From: Dicyema japonicum
Taxonomy: Eukaryota > Animalia > Dicyemida
Length of the DNA: 64,000 bases
Assembly: GCA_011109175.1 (NCBI GenBank)
Contig: RDEW01000036.1
Location: forward strand, 535,737 to 599,736
Direction: 5' to 3'
The notes below the pieces were generated by a model that was not told where the DNA came from, did not search any database, and worked only from the letters and a program-made list of their open reading frames with translations. Within the stretch, counting starts at the first letter, position 1, and each line of letters begins with the position of its first letter. Positions 47,917 through 59,779 of this stretch are shown here, piece by piece. The position numbers were made by a program, and so were the translations under genes.

Positions 47917-49860
47917 CAGTGTTTCTCAAACTGAAGTCCCCGGTCCTTTTTGGACCGGGGAACAATCTTTAGTAATTTATATTATTCTACTTATATATTA
48001 TATTTTTTAAATTATTTTTAATTAAATTTTAAAAAGAACGTGCTCAATTTTATCCTTGTAGAAATATCTTGTTCAAATAATTCAATGAATAAAAATACAT
48101 ATATCAAATATGGATTCTTAACCGTTAACACCGATAAAACAGAGTTCACAACACTTACACGCAATGATCGAAGATCGGACGAGTCTTGGAGAAAGCAAAA
48201 GAAGGTGGGTTCGCTTCTCGGGGACTCAGAAGATGTTTCTCGGAGGAAAATCCTCGCAATGTGTGCACTAAAGAAAGTATCGAATATGTGGGGTCATAAG
48301 AAGAGGATGGGATTAAACACCAAACTCAGAATATATAAGGCTTTTGTCATCCCCGTCCTGACCTACAATTCAGGCACTTGGGGAATCTCTAAACAAGAGA
48401 TGGACCGTCTTGACGCTTTCCACAGGACACAATTGAAATCAGTAATCAAGATCAAGTGGCCTAAGAAGATCTCAAACAATGACCTCTACTCGAAGTGCAA
48501 ATCTGGTATACTATCCGAGGAGATCTTCAGATCAAGATGGAGTCTCTTTGGACATATCTTACGTCTAAATGCTCAAGTACCCGCGAATATCGCCATGGAA
48601 AACTACCTAATGCATACGGGAGCCGGTTTCCGTGGAAGACCAAGAGTCACACTCCCAACTATTTTGAATGGAGACCTGTCGGCTGTGGGACTGAAGCTCA
48701 CTTCCGCAGACGACCTAGATACCTTAAGGGAACTGGCACGAAGTAGAGGGTCCTGGAAAAGGCTGATAGAGAGGATGGCTAGAAATACGGCACAAGGGAG
48801 GCTTGATTAATTTTATGACTTCTCGGGAGTGCTTTAAATAATAAAATAATAATATGGATTCACTCTGATAACTTCTGGCGGTAAAATAAAACCACAATGT
48901 GTCCTGTGTTCTGAGCTTTTGGTGTCAACTTCACTTAAGCAGAGAAAGTTAAAGCGGCATATGGAATCCAAACATTCTAATTCAGTACACAAGGATGTTG
49001 ATTTATTTTTTCTGGTTGCCGTTCCGGATTTCAAACTTAGTCAATGCTATTGGTATACATTGCATGATCCACCGTCATGCATTGATGATGAAAACCATGC
49101 CTGACGATTTGAAAAATGTCATAATTAAAACGGTAAACTATATTAAAGCCAAGGAACTCAATTCTCGTTTTTTGATGACTTATGCAAAGAAAATGACTCT
49201 GAATTTGAGACTTTTGTTGCATTCACATGTGAGATGCATTTCAAAAGGAAAAGTTTTGAAGCGAGTATTTATACTACGAAAAGATGAATTTCTTAAAGAC
49301 GTCAAATAAAAACTGCATGAAAAATTTCTGACACTCGTTTATTGACTTTATTGGCATTTTTGGTGTATATATTTGAATCTGAATTTTGTTAATTTACAAC
49401 TGCAAGGAAGAGATACCGCAGTCCTCTATTGCCATGAAAAAATGACTGGTTTCAAAATGAAACTAGAACTGTGGAATTCGAAATTAAATACAAGTTTTCT
49501 ACCATTTCCACATCTAAATATATTTATTGATGAAAATGAACTTTGCATAACTACAGCATTGATGAGATGAAACAACATACATTATTTATTAGAGAAATTT
49601 TCTAGGTATTTCTTCGATATTATAAATTTTTAGATATTTTCCTGATATGAATTTGATAAGTATTATCGATTTCTCAGCAACCCATTTGCAATTTCAGATA
49701 ATGATCTCCCTTCTGAAAACCATATAATTCAGGAACATTTATCGATTTGTTTAATGATGGATATGCAAAACACGTTTTCAACCAAGTCTCCCTAAGCGAT
49801 TTTTTGGTTTCAAATGGCTGATTCCTATTGAGAATTGGAAAGATGGCACTTAATTTGCCA
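47917..49860 (+). mobile_element. Buster/ZBED5-like hAT element, degenerate; right end not found
   Basis: Left TIR CAGTGTTTCTCAAACT at 47917 after GTATAGAT. The transposase reads YIKYGF|TL..KPQCVLC..KLKRHMESKH across the RTE insertion, then IHCMIHRHAL, LLLHSHVRCISKGKVLKRV, LQLQG and FWFQM. Confidence 0.85.
48118..48850 (+). mobile_element. RTE-clade 3' fragment inserted in the hAT transposase, 11-bp TSD
   Basis: TSD AATATGGATTC at 48107-48117 and 48851-48861; open frame with VGSLLGD, LTYNSGTW, RWSLFGHILRL and FRGRP. Confidence 0.92.
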
Positions 49861-51400
49861 ACAGAAGAGAACATCAGAAAAATACGAGAATTGAACAGAG
49901 AGATCGACAATAACACAAAGGCAGAAAATGAAAATAGATGGACGAGACAATCAAAGGCTACCCAATGCAGAGAGTCTGGAAGTGGATCAAGAACATCAAA
50001 AATACCCAATGCAGAGAGTCTGGAAGTGGATCAAGAACATCAAAAGATCCTCCCAGAGATAAAAGTCGAAGTCTACATAAAACTAGTCACTCCAATAAAA
50101 TATTATACATCTATCTCTTACAAGAAGTTTTCAAAAGAATACCAAGTATTCCTGAAAAAGATTGAACCGAAACGCTCCGATGACTGGATCCTATTTACTA
50201 GTCAGGATGTCGCAGAGCCATATCCAAAGCCAACAACTCAGAGTCAAAGGGCCAGTGTGAACTGAAGCACCTAGGCCATATAGCCCTGGAACTATTAGCC
50301 TATATATTCAACCTATCCATTAACACAAATACAATCCCTGAAATATGGAAGAAGTCTCTAATCAACCTATCGAAAACCTAACAAATAGAACTATCTTCCT
50401 ACGCCCAATATCTATTCTGTCCGGTCTCAAGGATCCTTGAAAGGCTATTATGGAAAAAAGTACAGGACTCACTCTCAATACCTTCGACCATGAACGGATT
50501 TTGGATAACCATTCGACCACAACACACCTCACAACCATCACAACATTTATTGCGGAAGGATTTAACTCCCCAAACCCCATCAGAGGACAGTACTTATATC
50601 CATGGACATCACAAAAGCGTTCGACTCAGTCCCTAGGAAGCTCATTACAAAGAAAATATTTAAAACCAACATCCATCCGAACTGAAACTTTGGCTTGGAA
50701 ACTTCTTAAATGGAAGACGAGCACAAGTACTCTGCAACAACATCAAATCAAGATCTCGACACTTTCCAAATGGAATCCCTCAATGTACCCCACTGTCACC
50801 CAAAGTCTTCAATCTCTACATAAACGACATGCCACACACCTGTAATGAAAACTGCCTAATCCTCTCCTATGCCTACGATGTCATTCTTGCCTCCAAGGAT
50901 AGAAGTATTCAATCAGCGACTCAGTCCGCTCAACAAATGCTTGACAAGCTGGAACTATGGCTCTCGAAGCGGAGACTCGACACATCAGCAACAAAGTCCT
51001 TTGTCACACTGTTTACCACCTACAAAAGACAGCTCTGTATCGAACCAAAAGTCTTTATGAAGAACGAAGCTATTCCTATTAACTAGGAGTCAACTTTGAT
51101 CAGGGACTCACCTTTATCCGACATGTTGAGAACAAAGTAACTTCTGCTCTGAAGAAAATGAGATTATTAAAAGTGCTCTCAAAGTCACTTAGTGGCCTTG
51201 CTACAATTTATGAACAATTTATCCGACCAACGATGACGTATGCAAGTCCTTCCTGGGCAATGCAGATTTCACGATCGTTGTCATTGAAACTATCCGCAAT
51301 CGAGTAGACTGCAATAAGGTTAATTGGACCAGAACACAGCTACTTCACCCGCATAATCTTGGAAGCAAGACTATACCCAAACATCAATTATGTTGGTCGA
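49860..51400 (+). mobile_element. Degenerate GIT-family LINE
   Basis: LRPISILSG, HSTTTHLTTITTFI, DITKAFDS, SYAYDVILAS, LGVNFD, YASPSW. Confidence 0.8.
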
Positions 51401-52480
51401 GTGGTCGTAGGAAGACGGCCTTGAAAGGCAACGTAAAAATTCTAATCGGATCACCTTGAAATGAAACTCCGGATCAGAGCATTGAATAATGAATTAAAGG
51501 CCAAAAAGCTAAGGGCCCAGAAATTGAAGTGGAATCGTGTGCCTACAGTAGTAAATCGAAATCGCACTTCAAGAGAAGTGCTGAAAGATATTCTAAACGT
51601 AGCAAAAGGTGATGAAATTTCATCTGTGGAGGATTATGTTAAAAGAAATGTGAACAAGTTGATATAAATTCTACACGAAAATTTCACAAGCACAGGAAAT
51701 CTGATACAATATTATCACACAGAAAACTGAAGAAAATGTCAAAACCGCTCTTTTGAAAAAAGATGTGAGATCGAGACATCCAGAAGGCCACAGAAAGATT
51801 AAAAAATTAACCTGTACCGGCTTAATGCCTGAATAATTGAAAACTGGTTCATGGTGAATGCAGATCTTCCTTTTTTTTCCTCTGACAGAGTCAGCTTGAA
51901 GTTAAACAGGGTCGACAACCCTTTCAACAGATGTCAAAGGATTTTGAGTGTGAAACTTGATATGCATCTCTGTCTGATACCACATGTGGAAAACATTCTG
52001 TTAAATGCGAGAAACTGAACTGAGTAAAAGTTTATCGGGAATATGGAAGAGTGGTACTCAGCCGGTCCTGATGAACGTGTACAAACAGTACATCGATCCA
52101 TGTTTCTCATATGCATGCGCCGCGTGGGGACCACCCATATCTTGGACAAATATGAGGAAGATCGAGGAAATGCAATAGGGCTTTCACAGTAACGGAACGT
52201 TCGATTTGTGGAGATCACCGAACCGGACCTACGCCTCTGGAGACCCTTATGAGACTAGACTCCAGATCAAGGGAATGTGGCCTGAAAATTCAGTCAATCT
52301 CGTACGTTCATGCGCGGCCACGAGGGAAAAAAATGAGGTCGCTGTTAGAATGCATCAATTATACGCACGTTATGCGAATAGACGGACTCAAGAGGAGAGT
52401 ATCGAGCCAAGATGAGGTCTCCATTAGAGCGTGTGGGATCACATGAGTAGTTAGTCTTTTGGAATTTTTATTTTCTTCCT
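51400..52480 (+). mobile_element. Internally deleted copy of the 4808-7420 LINE subfamily
   Basis: KLRIRALNNELKAKKLRAQK..WNRV is joined almost directly to the post-RT region; ends ACGIT*. Confidence 0.8.
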
Positions 52481-52599
52481 TAAGACCGACATATAAAAAG
52501 ATTCTAGTTAAAAAAATTCATGATTTCGATGTCTTCATAGTCTATAAATGGGTGGGACAAGGGGTTATCCAGCTTGAGAGATGGTGACGTTAATGTATG

Positions 52600-53200
52600 T
52601 CATAGTCCATCAAAGCAACGTCACCAGCTCAACCATCTGATTTAATATCTATTTGACTAATTTATTCTCCCGGTATTGCTCCAGAGCCACAAGGAGGTGG
52701 CCATACCTATGAGGACGGTAATTTGCAATGCCCCCGTCTGTCGTCAAGTCATGAAGGAATAGGTTTGAAACGAGTCGGAGAGAGTAAAAAACCCTGGGGT
52801 ACTCCGTTGGTAGTAATCGTGATCTTGATCTGAAATGTCCACAGAAACTCTTCCACGTCTTCCAGAGAGAATGCTGGCCAACCAAAACATCAAGTTTGGA
52901 TGTAATTTGCGGCAAAAATCTTCCCAATGAGTAGTTTCCTCTGAACTGTATCGAATGCTTTGTTAATGACAATGAAGACCATCGTTGTAAATGTGCTATT
53001 ACCAAACACCCTCTCTTGCTGTCAGTAACTGAGATAGCGGAGATAAACGAGTAGTGGTAGATCTTACAAACGAAAACAGTGTAGAAATTCAGGTTGAAGA
53101 TTAACGGAGTAATGGCCAAGAGAACAAGCTACGCATCATATGGTCCTTCTATCGGGTCAGGACAGTTTTCCTGAGTCTCTGACTTGTGAGAACTCGATGG
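52600..53200 (-). mobile_element. LINE RT fragment
   Basis: KAFDTV, RSRSRLLP.., NLFLHDL. Confidence 0.65.
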
Positions 53201-53282
53201 AACATCCAAGCCATTTGGTAAGTCAAATTAAAAAACATCGTAACATAACCGGATTAACGGTTAAAAGAAAAATAATCATTAT

Positions 53283-54565
53283 CATTAGGGCGATTTTTAT
53301 TTTGACTTAATAAATCAGAAATTTTGACCTAAAAATTGACTTTATTGACTTTAAAATTTCACAATTTTGACCTTTTTTGACTTTATTATGTGGAAGGACA
53401 CTTTTTCAGATAGTTGTACATATGGAGGAATATGTTGTTTTTCTATATTTGTAATAGAAAGGTTGACAGATAATCTCGATTCCAGTACTTCCTGATTCCA
53501 CATAAATCGTCCCCGAAATGCAATTTCTGAATGTGTTCTACTGCGTCTCGCAAAATTCCTTAGAACATCGTCTGACAGATAATCGAAGAGTTAGCCGCAG
53601 AAGACAATGACGACAAGAAGTTAAAAATATTTTCTTGGGATCAGAAATTTTTCCAATAAGTGCATTGACATATTTCTGTCCTCGGATATCAATTTCATTA
53701 ATTAAAAAATTTTCAGATCTATTATTATTAAAAGCACTCACGAGAATACACAAATTAGTTAAGTTTCCCTTGTTCCGTATTCCTAATCATCCTTTCATAA
53801 AATAGTAATAAAAATAATAAACCTGCTAATTTGATATGTTTCTTAGACGATCTACATGATTCAATAAAAATTGCTTTTTTGCACAAATGTTAGTTAGTTA
53901 AACCATATTCGCGTTACCAGTGAAAACTGATTATGGTTTGTGCTATTTTTTTCGATTATCCTTTCAGTTAGTCTTCTCCATCCTTTTCGTTGTCGTGCTC
54001 GTTTCCTGATTTCGTCCAGATCGTCCGCATCCATCAGTCGGCCCCCGATCACTGCGTAATCCTCCTCTAGTGTCCTTGGAAGACAACTTCTTGGACGTAG
54101 GAGATACAATATGGCCGAAAAAATTCTTCCATGGCGGCATTGCATAGTTTCTGTTCACCCATCCGTAGAATATGACCAAAAGGCCACCAGCGTGCTTCAA
54201 GTACGTTTTTATTTAAAAACTCGAAAAATTGAAAATAAGAATCAATTAAAATTTTGACTTTATTGACCTAAAAAATTAAATTTTGACCTTTTTTGACTTT
54301 ATACTTTTAATTTATATAATCAAATAAATAAAATAATCAGTTAATTTATCCCCAGTAAAGCATATTTAAAACTGCCATCCATCCAAAGTGGACCCCGCCG
54401 ACATTATCGACGTTGCGCTGCCTCTCACGATTGCAACAGAGATCAACTGGAGTTATTATAAAAAATATTATTTGATTAAAAACTACATTTTTATAAGTTT
54501 TAAACAATTTTAAAGAACATACCAATTTTTGACTTTATTGACAAAAATCTCCCTAATTATCACAC
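53283..54565 (-). mobile_element. CGGBP1-like hAT-derived element with nested RTE (about 53890-54190) and CRE (54315-54395) fragments
   Basis: Termini TTAGGGCGATTTTT / AAAAATCTCCCTAA; remnant INEIDIRGQKYVNALIGKISDPKKIFL; TTTGACTTT modules shared with 25030-25730. Confidence 0.55.
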
Positions 54566-54843
54566 TTATGGTCAATTTAACCGTTTAAGTTCGACCCCTT
54601 CTAACCTGGGGACCTCCTTTATGGTCTCTAACCTCACATTGTCCAAAAATTAATTTTAGCATAATTATAAAAATCAAAATCTCGACCTCTTATAACTCAA
54701 GTACAACCCCTTTACAGCATAAGGACCATTTATACGCAATTAAGAGCCCAGTTATGACCTAAATGGATGGTGGACAGACAGAACAGCCAATTTAGTATTT
54801 AATAATATATTTTTGAGTAATGTGAAAAAATAAATTAATTAAA

Positions 54844-56475
54844 TTAGTAATCTAATGGTACAACAACCTCCACATAATTGATAGGGAAATAACCAGTTTT
54901 CCCACCAACAGACCCATACATCCAATTTTGGTCCAATCTTGATATCAAATCAATACGATTCCCCGTCGAAAATGAAATCTCATCATCCTGCTCTGCTTCA
55001 AAGTTGTACAAAGCACGTGCCCACGGTTTATCACCCACTTCAAAATTGTTATAGGAAACATTAGTTTGATACGTCATCGTTTCATCCTTTTCAGCATTAG
55101 AGGTGGGGACATCATCCTGATAAGTAGTTGTACCAAGATTAGACAAATAGGAGGTCGCATCAAAGTGAGAGGGAGGAAAATCACACTGATAAGTAGTTGT
55201 ACCAAGATTAGACTGGTAGGAGGTCGCATTAAAGTGAGAGGAGGGAACATCACACTGATAAGTAGTTGTACCAATATTAGACAGGTAGGAAGTCGCATCA
55301 AAGTGAGAGGGGGGAACATCACACTGATAAGTAGTTGTACCAAGATTAGACTGGTAGGAAGTCGCATCAAAGTGAGAGGGGGGAACATCACACTGATAAG
55401 TAGTTGTACCAAGATTAGACTGGTAGGAGGTCGCATCAAAGTGAGAGGGGGGGACATCACACTGATAAGCCGGTTCACTGTTGGTGGCATAGTTAAATGA
55501 AGGAACAAAAGTTTGGGGAGGATTGTCATTATAGTACTCAGCATCCTCAGAATAATTATTAACACTCGACATACTCTGTTGGTCAGTGATAGCACGTTGG
55601 GTACTAAGATATACACAGAAAACCTACATTTGCTTCAGTGATTCCAGTAAATCATTAAAATTATCTAAGGACTTTGAGAAGTACTCAGCAAAGGCGGTGG
55701 AACACTCCTTCAGCTGGTTGATCTTCTCCAACTACAATAAAGTTCACTAATACATCATTCGACAGGAAGGAGGCCATGGCTACGGAGCAGGAGTCCCTCG
55801 TGGACTCAAATTTGTTCTGGGCCTCTACCAACTCATCGGAGGAGGGCACCCCGTTATCTAGATTATACCATCCACTACTTTTGCATTTCCTCTTGTTGGA
55901 ATCAAAGTCCAGTTTCCGACTCATCATCTTCTTGTTAAGGTACTGGAATAATAAAATCAGCCAACATTGATCTCCTTGAGTTCGTTTGAGTGAAACTGAT
56001 GAATTGGCTCTAAGAACACCTGGATGATAGTCTCATCCATTTGCTCTTTATATGAGGACTGCAGTTTCAAGGCATCCGCGAACGAGGAAAGGGCGGAGGC
56101 TGGGTTAATCACAACAACAACAATAATTGGGGCAATTGGAAAGTTCGTTGGCGTATTTACCACACGTCTCTGATAGTAACAAATCTGACTGAGAAGTAGC
56201 GTATTTTGATGACTTCCTTCCACTCAGAAGAGAGAGGTGTCCTGAGCTTGAAGTTATCCTCAGACAGTTTTCCATTCGATCAGTCACTTCATTTATCATG
56301 TTCCCGAAGATTTGACAACTCTGTTGTTAGCTAAAGAGAATACCTTCTCCATTTTAACAAAGTCCTCGTCCAATTCGGTTCCTTTGACAGACCCAATTTT
56401 CTGAATGACATACTATATTTATTTTTGAAACATTACCTGATTAGCTTTGTTCAACTTTTTTGTGATCACCTTCAT
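54844..56475 (-). CDS. Endophilin-A-like N-BAR + SH3 protein with an expanded repeat linker
   Basis: MKVITKKLNKANQ/..KIGSVKGTELDEDFVKMEK, FLEPIHQF..ELKEIN/YLNKKMMSRKLDFD, and C-terminal SH3 ARALYNFEAE..ISF..NWMYG..GYFPINYVEV. GT-AG introns of 22 (or 36), 23, 22, 23, 22 and 24 nt restore the frame. Confidence 0.88.
55105..55471 (-). repeat. Coding minisatellite, 5 x 69 bp plus partial (YQCDVPPSHFDATSYQSNLGTTT)
   Basis: AAGTAGTTG recurs at 55122, 55191, 55260, 55329 and 55398 (period 69). Confidence 0.95.
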
Positions 56476-56599
56476 TTACAACAAGAAACAGAAATATGCT
56501 TTTAGTTCAATTAAATTTTATTTATTTAAAATTATAAAAACATAAATAATAAATATTTAAATTTAATAATAAATTATAAGTAGTGATTCCCTCAATCTT

Positions 56600-56800
56600 T
56601 GAAGGTTAGGATAGTCATGTCATTAAACTATTCTGAATCCTTTGCAGACATAGGTGCAAGAGAGGCACGTCACCACCTCAACCAAAAAAACCTGGACGAG
56701 TTGAGGAAACTCTCTTACGATCGAGGAGGTTGGAAGAAGTTGGTTCGGAGGATTGTTTTGAGTGCTGCATGAGTGAAATTATAACTATTATGATTTTACT
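56600..56800 (+). mobile_element. RTE-clade extreme 3' fragment
   Basis: LDELRKLSYDRGGWKKLVRRI followed by the family 3' UTR. Confidence 0.65.
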
Positions 56801-57264
56801 AATGTTGCTTATAATAATTCCCTCAATAAGGAACAATTAATAGTACTAATCAGTAATTAATTGCTCATTGGTTACGTCAGCAACGTCATTTAATCAGTTT
56901 ATTCGACTATTCTCATTATAATGACAATTCTGTTGATAAATCGTGGGGGTCACAGCTCAAAGGGTCATCCAATTAAGAAGGGGGAATGAAGTGAGGGTCT
57001 TTTGGCGTTAAGTTTGGCACAACTATCGCAGCTAGGAAGTGACCCACATCGAGGAACGGTGAGTGACCGTGTGATATGTTCCTTTGACCAGGTTCCCTTA
57101 TTGATGCCCCATGTGAATAAATAATAGTGGGGAGTATTACATAGCCAATATCTCCCATGACAGTTAATAATTCTACTCGTGTCAGAATTCCAGGAATGAT
57201 TAATGCATCGATTATTAAAAACTTCCGCACAGTAAATTGAACCATTTAATAAGCATACAAATAA

Positions 57265-57678
57265 TCACTGTGGAATATTAATCGTTGAATTTTTTAGTTT
57301 GGCGGTCAATTCGTCGATAAATTCCTGGTATTTTTGGTTGGATGATACGTCGGCTGAGTTGTCCTATATATTAGGTAGGCTAAACCTTTATGAATTTGAC
57401 CATTTCCGACTGAGTCTTAAAGTCCCAAATGTCCGCGACAAGACACTCAAAGTCGTCATCATCCTCAATCTGAGTAGAATACATTAGAATACATTCCTGA
57501 GAGCACCGACGGTTTTGGTTATGTATCCTTCGATCCCCATTTTCTCTTTGATTCCAGAGATCAGATTCTTGTCATACCTTTGAGTGAGCATTCGCTTCCT
57601 ATCCATGAGTCCTTTGGATTCCCCTTTCATCTTTGTTTCTGTCATTTTTACTTTTTTCGGACATTGTTTTGAATCCAT
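57265..57678 (-). CDS. Small spliced orphan gene, about 122 aa, predicted helical
   Basis: Phase-0 GT-AG introns at 57470-57492 (23 nt, removes TAA) and 57364-57385 (22 nt) join three open exons: ...GALRN/IEDDDDFECLVADIWDFKTQSEMVKFIK/DNSADVSSNQKYQEFIDELTAKLK. Confidence 0.55.
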
Positions 57679-58999
57679 TTTACTTTAATTTAAATCCTAT
57701 TTTAATTTATTATTAAATATTTTTTTAATAATAAATATTTATTTATTATCTTTTTCCCAATTTTTATTTGATAACATCGGGTACACCGACAAAGAAGTCA
57801 ATTGTTAGACTTATCCATCGTCGTGGAAACAGAGATCCACCACTGTCACAAAGTCCACCCAGAACTAACAGGAAAAAACGCATCCAGTCCTTGCAGTTAT
57901 GGGAACCCCTCGAGTAGAATGGAAGAGCAAGGATTATTGTTAGCAACATCCTAGCCACTAAACGAGCAGGTCTCATTAGGGATATTTTTAAGAGTAATTC
58001 CGCCTATTTCCAAGACTAATGGTGGATTTATCATAAATGGGCTAATCCAATAATCCAAAGATATAATCATATAAATATCATTTTAAATATTTGACGCTTC
58101 CAAATATGAAACAAGTTACAAGCACGCAATTATAGTCTCTATTACCACATTGTGATATCCCACATAGATATTCCAAGTCACCAAGAGAACGTAAAGCTAA
58201 AAGACAATCCAACAGATTCGACGTGATCTGGCGTGTTGGATATCCTTACATATATTTGGTAATAGAAAGGAATTATTAAAATAAGGAAAAGGTCTTCGTG
58301 TTTCCTCAAGAGACTAGGACATCTGACTACTCTCAGGAGCCAGTATGTCCGTATCCACGCTCCAGTTGATCTTTATTGCTCGGGAGAGGTAACATGTATC
58401 CTTGTGGACATTTTGTTGAGCTTTCAGTTATCAAGAATATTTTAGTGTACGGGATCATGTGAATAACTCGAGGTAAGACGAATAAGGTTACTGAAATCGA
58501 GATCACCCGATGGCCTTTCTCTTAATAACGGCGGTAACTATCCTCTGATAATCAGTGAACACAGAATGACTCAACATGACTTTCAAAGCACTGGTCTTGT
58601 CAATTATTACCCAGTTCATATCTATGTTTAACAGAGAGTTGCCATGTCCACAGTTTGAATAAGCCAGATTTACTTTGGATGTCCCTCAGTGGAGAAGATT
58701 CTGATTAACCTTTAGGATTGAGTCTTTGAACACTCTTGCGGAGAATAAATCGTGTGTATCTGCTTCGAACGATCTCGGCCATGGAGACCAGGTGAGATGG
58801 AGGATAGTATCCGAGACAGGTCACAGGATGTCATAATGATTGTTCTTATATTAATGCACTTGCAAAATAATGACCCTGGGATCATGTGAGGTAATTTCAA
58901 CCCTTTCTGTGCAAATATTACTAACATTTTATCCCAAACTATCAACACAGTCCGTCCCTCACGATCAGCCATTATTATTGAACCAAAAAACCACTGTCA

Positions 59000-59750
59000 A
59001 ATCCAAAATAACAAAATTCAGGTGATCCCAGCCTCCCTCACCAGTCTCCATATTTTTCTCGGTGTTCCGACTGCGTTCCTGCGCATTTCCGATATTAAGG
59101 AGGTCCGCATACCTGAGTCCTTCGCAGGGGCACTGTTCCAGTCGCCTCTATCATATTTTCTAGGTTTCTAGGCAGGATTTCCACTTGGGAATATTTCTTT
59201 AGTAAGTTTGCTGCCTTCACTTGAATGTTGCATATCTTGTCCAAATTCGTTGCAGAAAGGTTAGATCCCCAGATATTACATGCGTATTCTATTGATGAAC
59301 TGTTTGTATATGACATCCAGACCACTCAGATCTTTTTTGTCTCTTAGGTTTCCCAAGAACGCCTTCAGAAAGTTGATTTTCCTCGTACAAGTCAATAACA
59401 TATTTTCGACATGTTTTGTAAAGGTTAAGAAAGTGTCAAAGGTAACTCCCAGGAATCGATACTTTTCCTAGTTTTCTGTTTGTCGTAATATGGCCAACAC
59501 CGACTTCTTCGGGCTAGCAGTCAATTGATTTTCTCAAAGCCATAAACTTAGTTTATTCAGATTATCCTGTACTATTCTCGTTGCTTCGATGACACTCACA
59601 TCCCTCGAGGCAATGACTATATTATCAGCATACGTTAATAATATATCATCGTCCCCCTGAGGGAGTGGCAAGTCATTCATCATAAGGTTAAACAAGAAGG
59701 GAGATAATGGGAAGTCTGGGGAACGCCATTTGCTTCAGCATTGGGTAAAT
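59000..59750 (-). mobile_element. GIT-family LINE, RT end to 3' end
   Basis: GVPQ..LSP.LFNLMMND, YADNIV, FLGVTFD, IEYACNIWG; ends GIT*. Confidence 0.8.
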
Positions 59751-59779
59751 ATTCGAAAGTTTCCATATTATTTATTTAA

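Noticed and set aside
47938-47960. CCCCGGTCC-TTTTT-GGACCGGGG hairpin as a terminator
   Set aside because: It lies in the subterminal region of the hAT element in a eukaryotic genome; a transposon palindrome explains it.
55105-55471. CRISPR-like array (also the 30-bp and 58-bp repeats)
   Set aside because: The units are head-to-tail without unique spacers, in-frame coding or a simple duplication, in a eukaryotic context.
58300-58972. Prolyl-4-hydroxylase-like or other spliced gene on the minus strand
   Set aside because: The resemblance (ITSHDPRVIIL) is weak, no catalytic HxD...H motifs were recovered, and the exon structure is unresolved.
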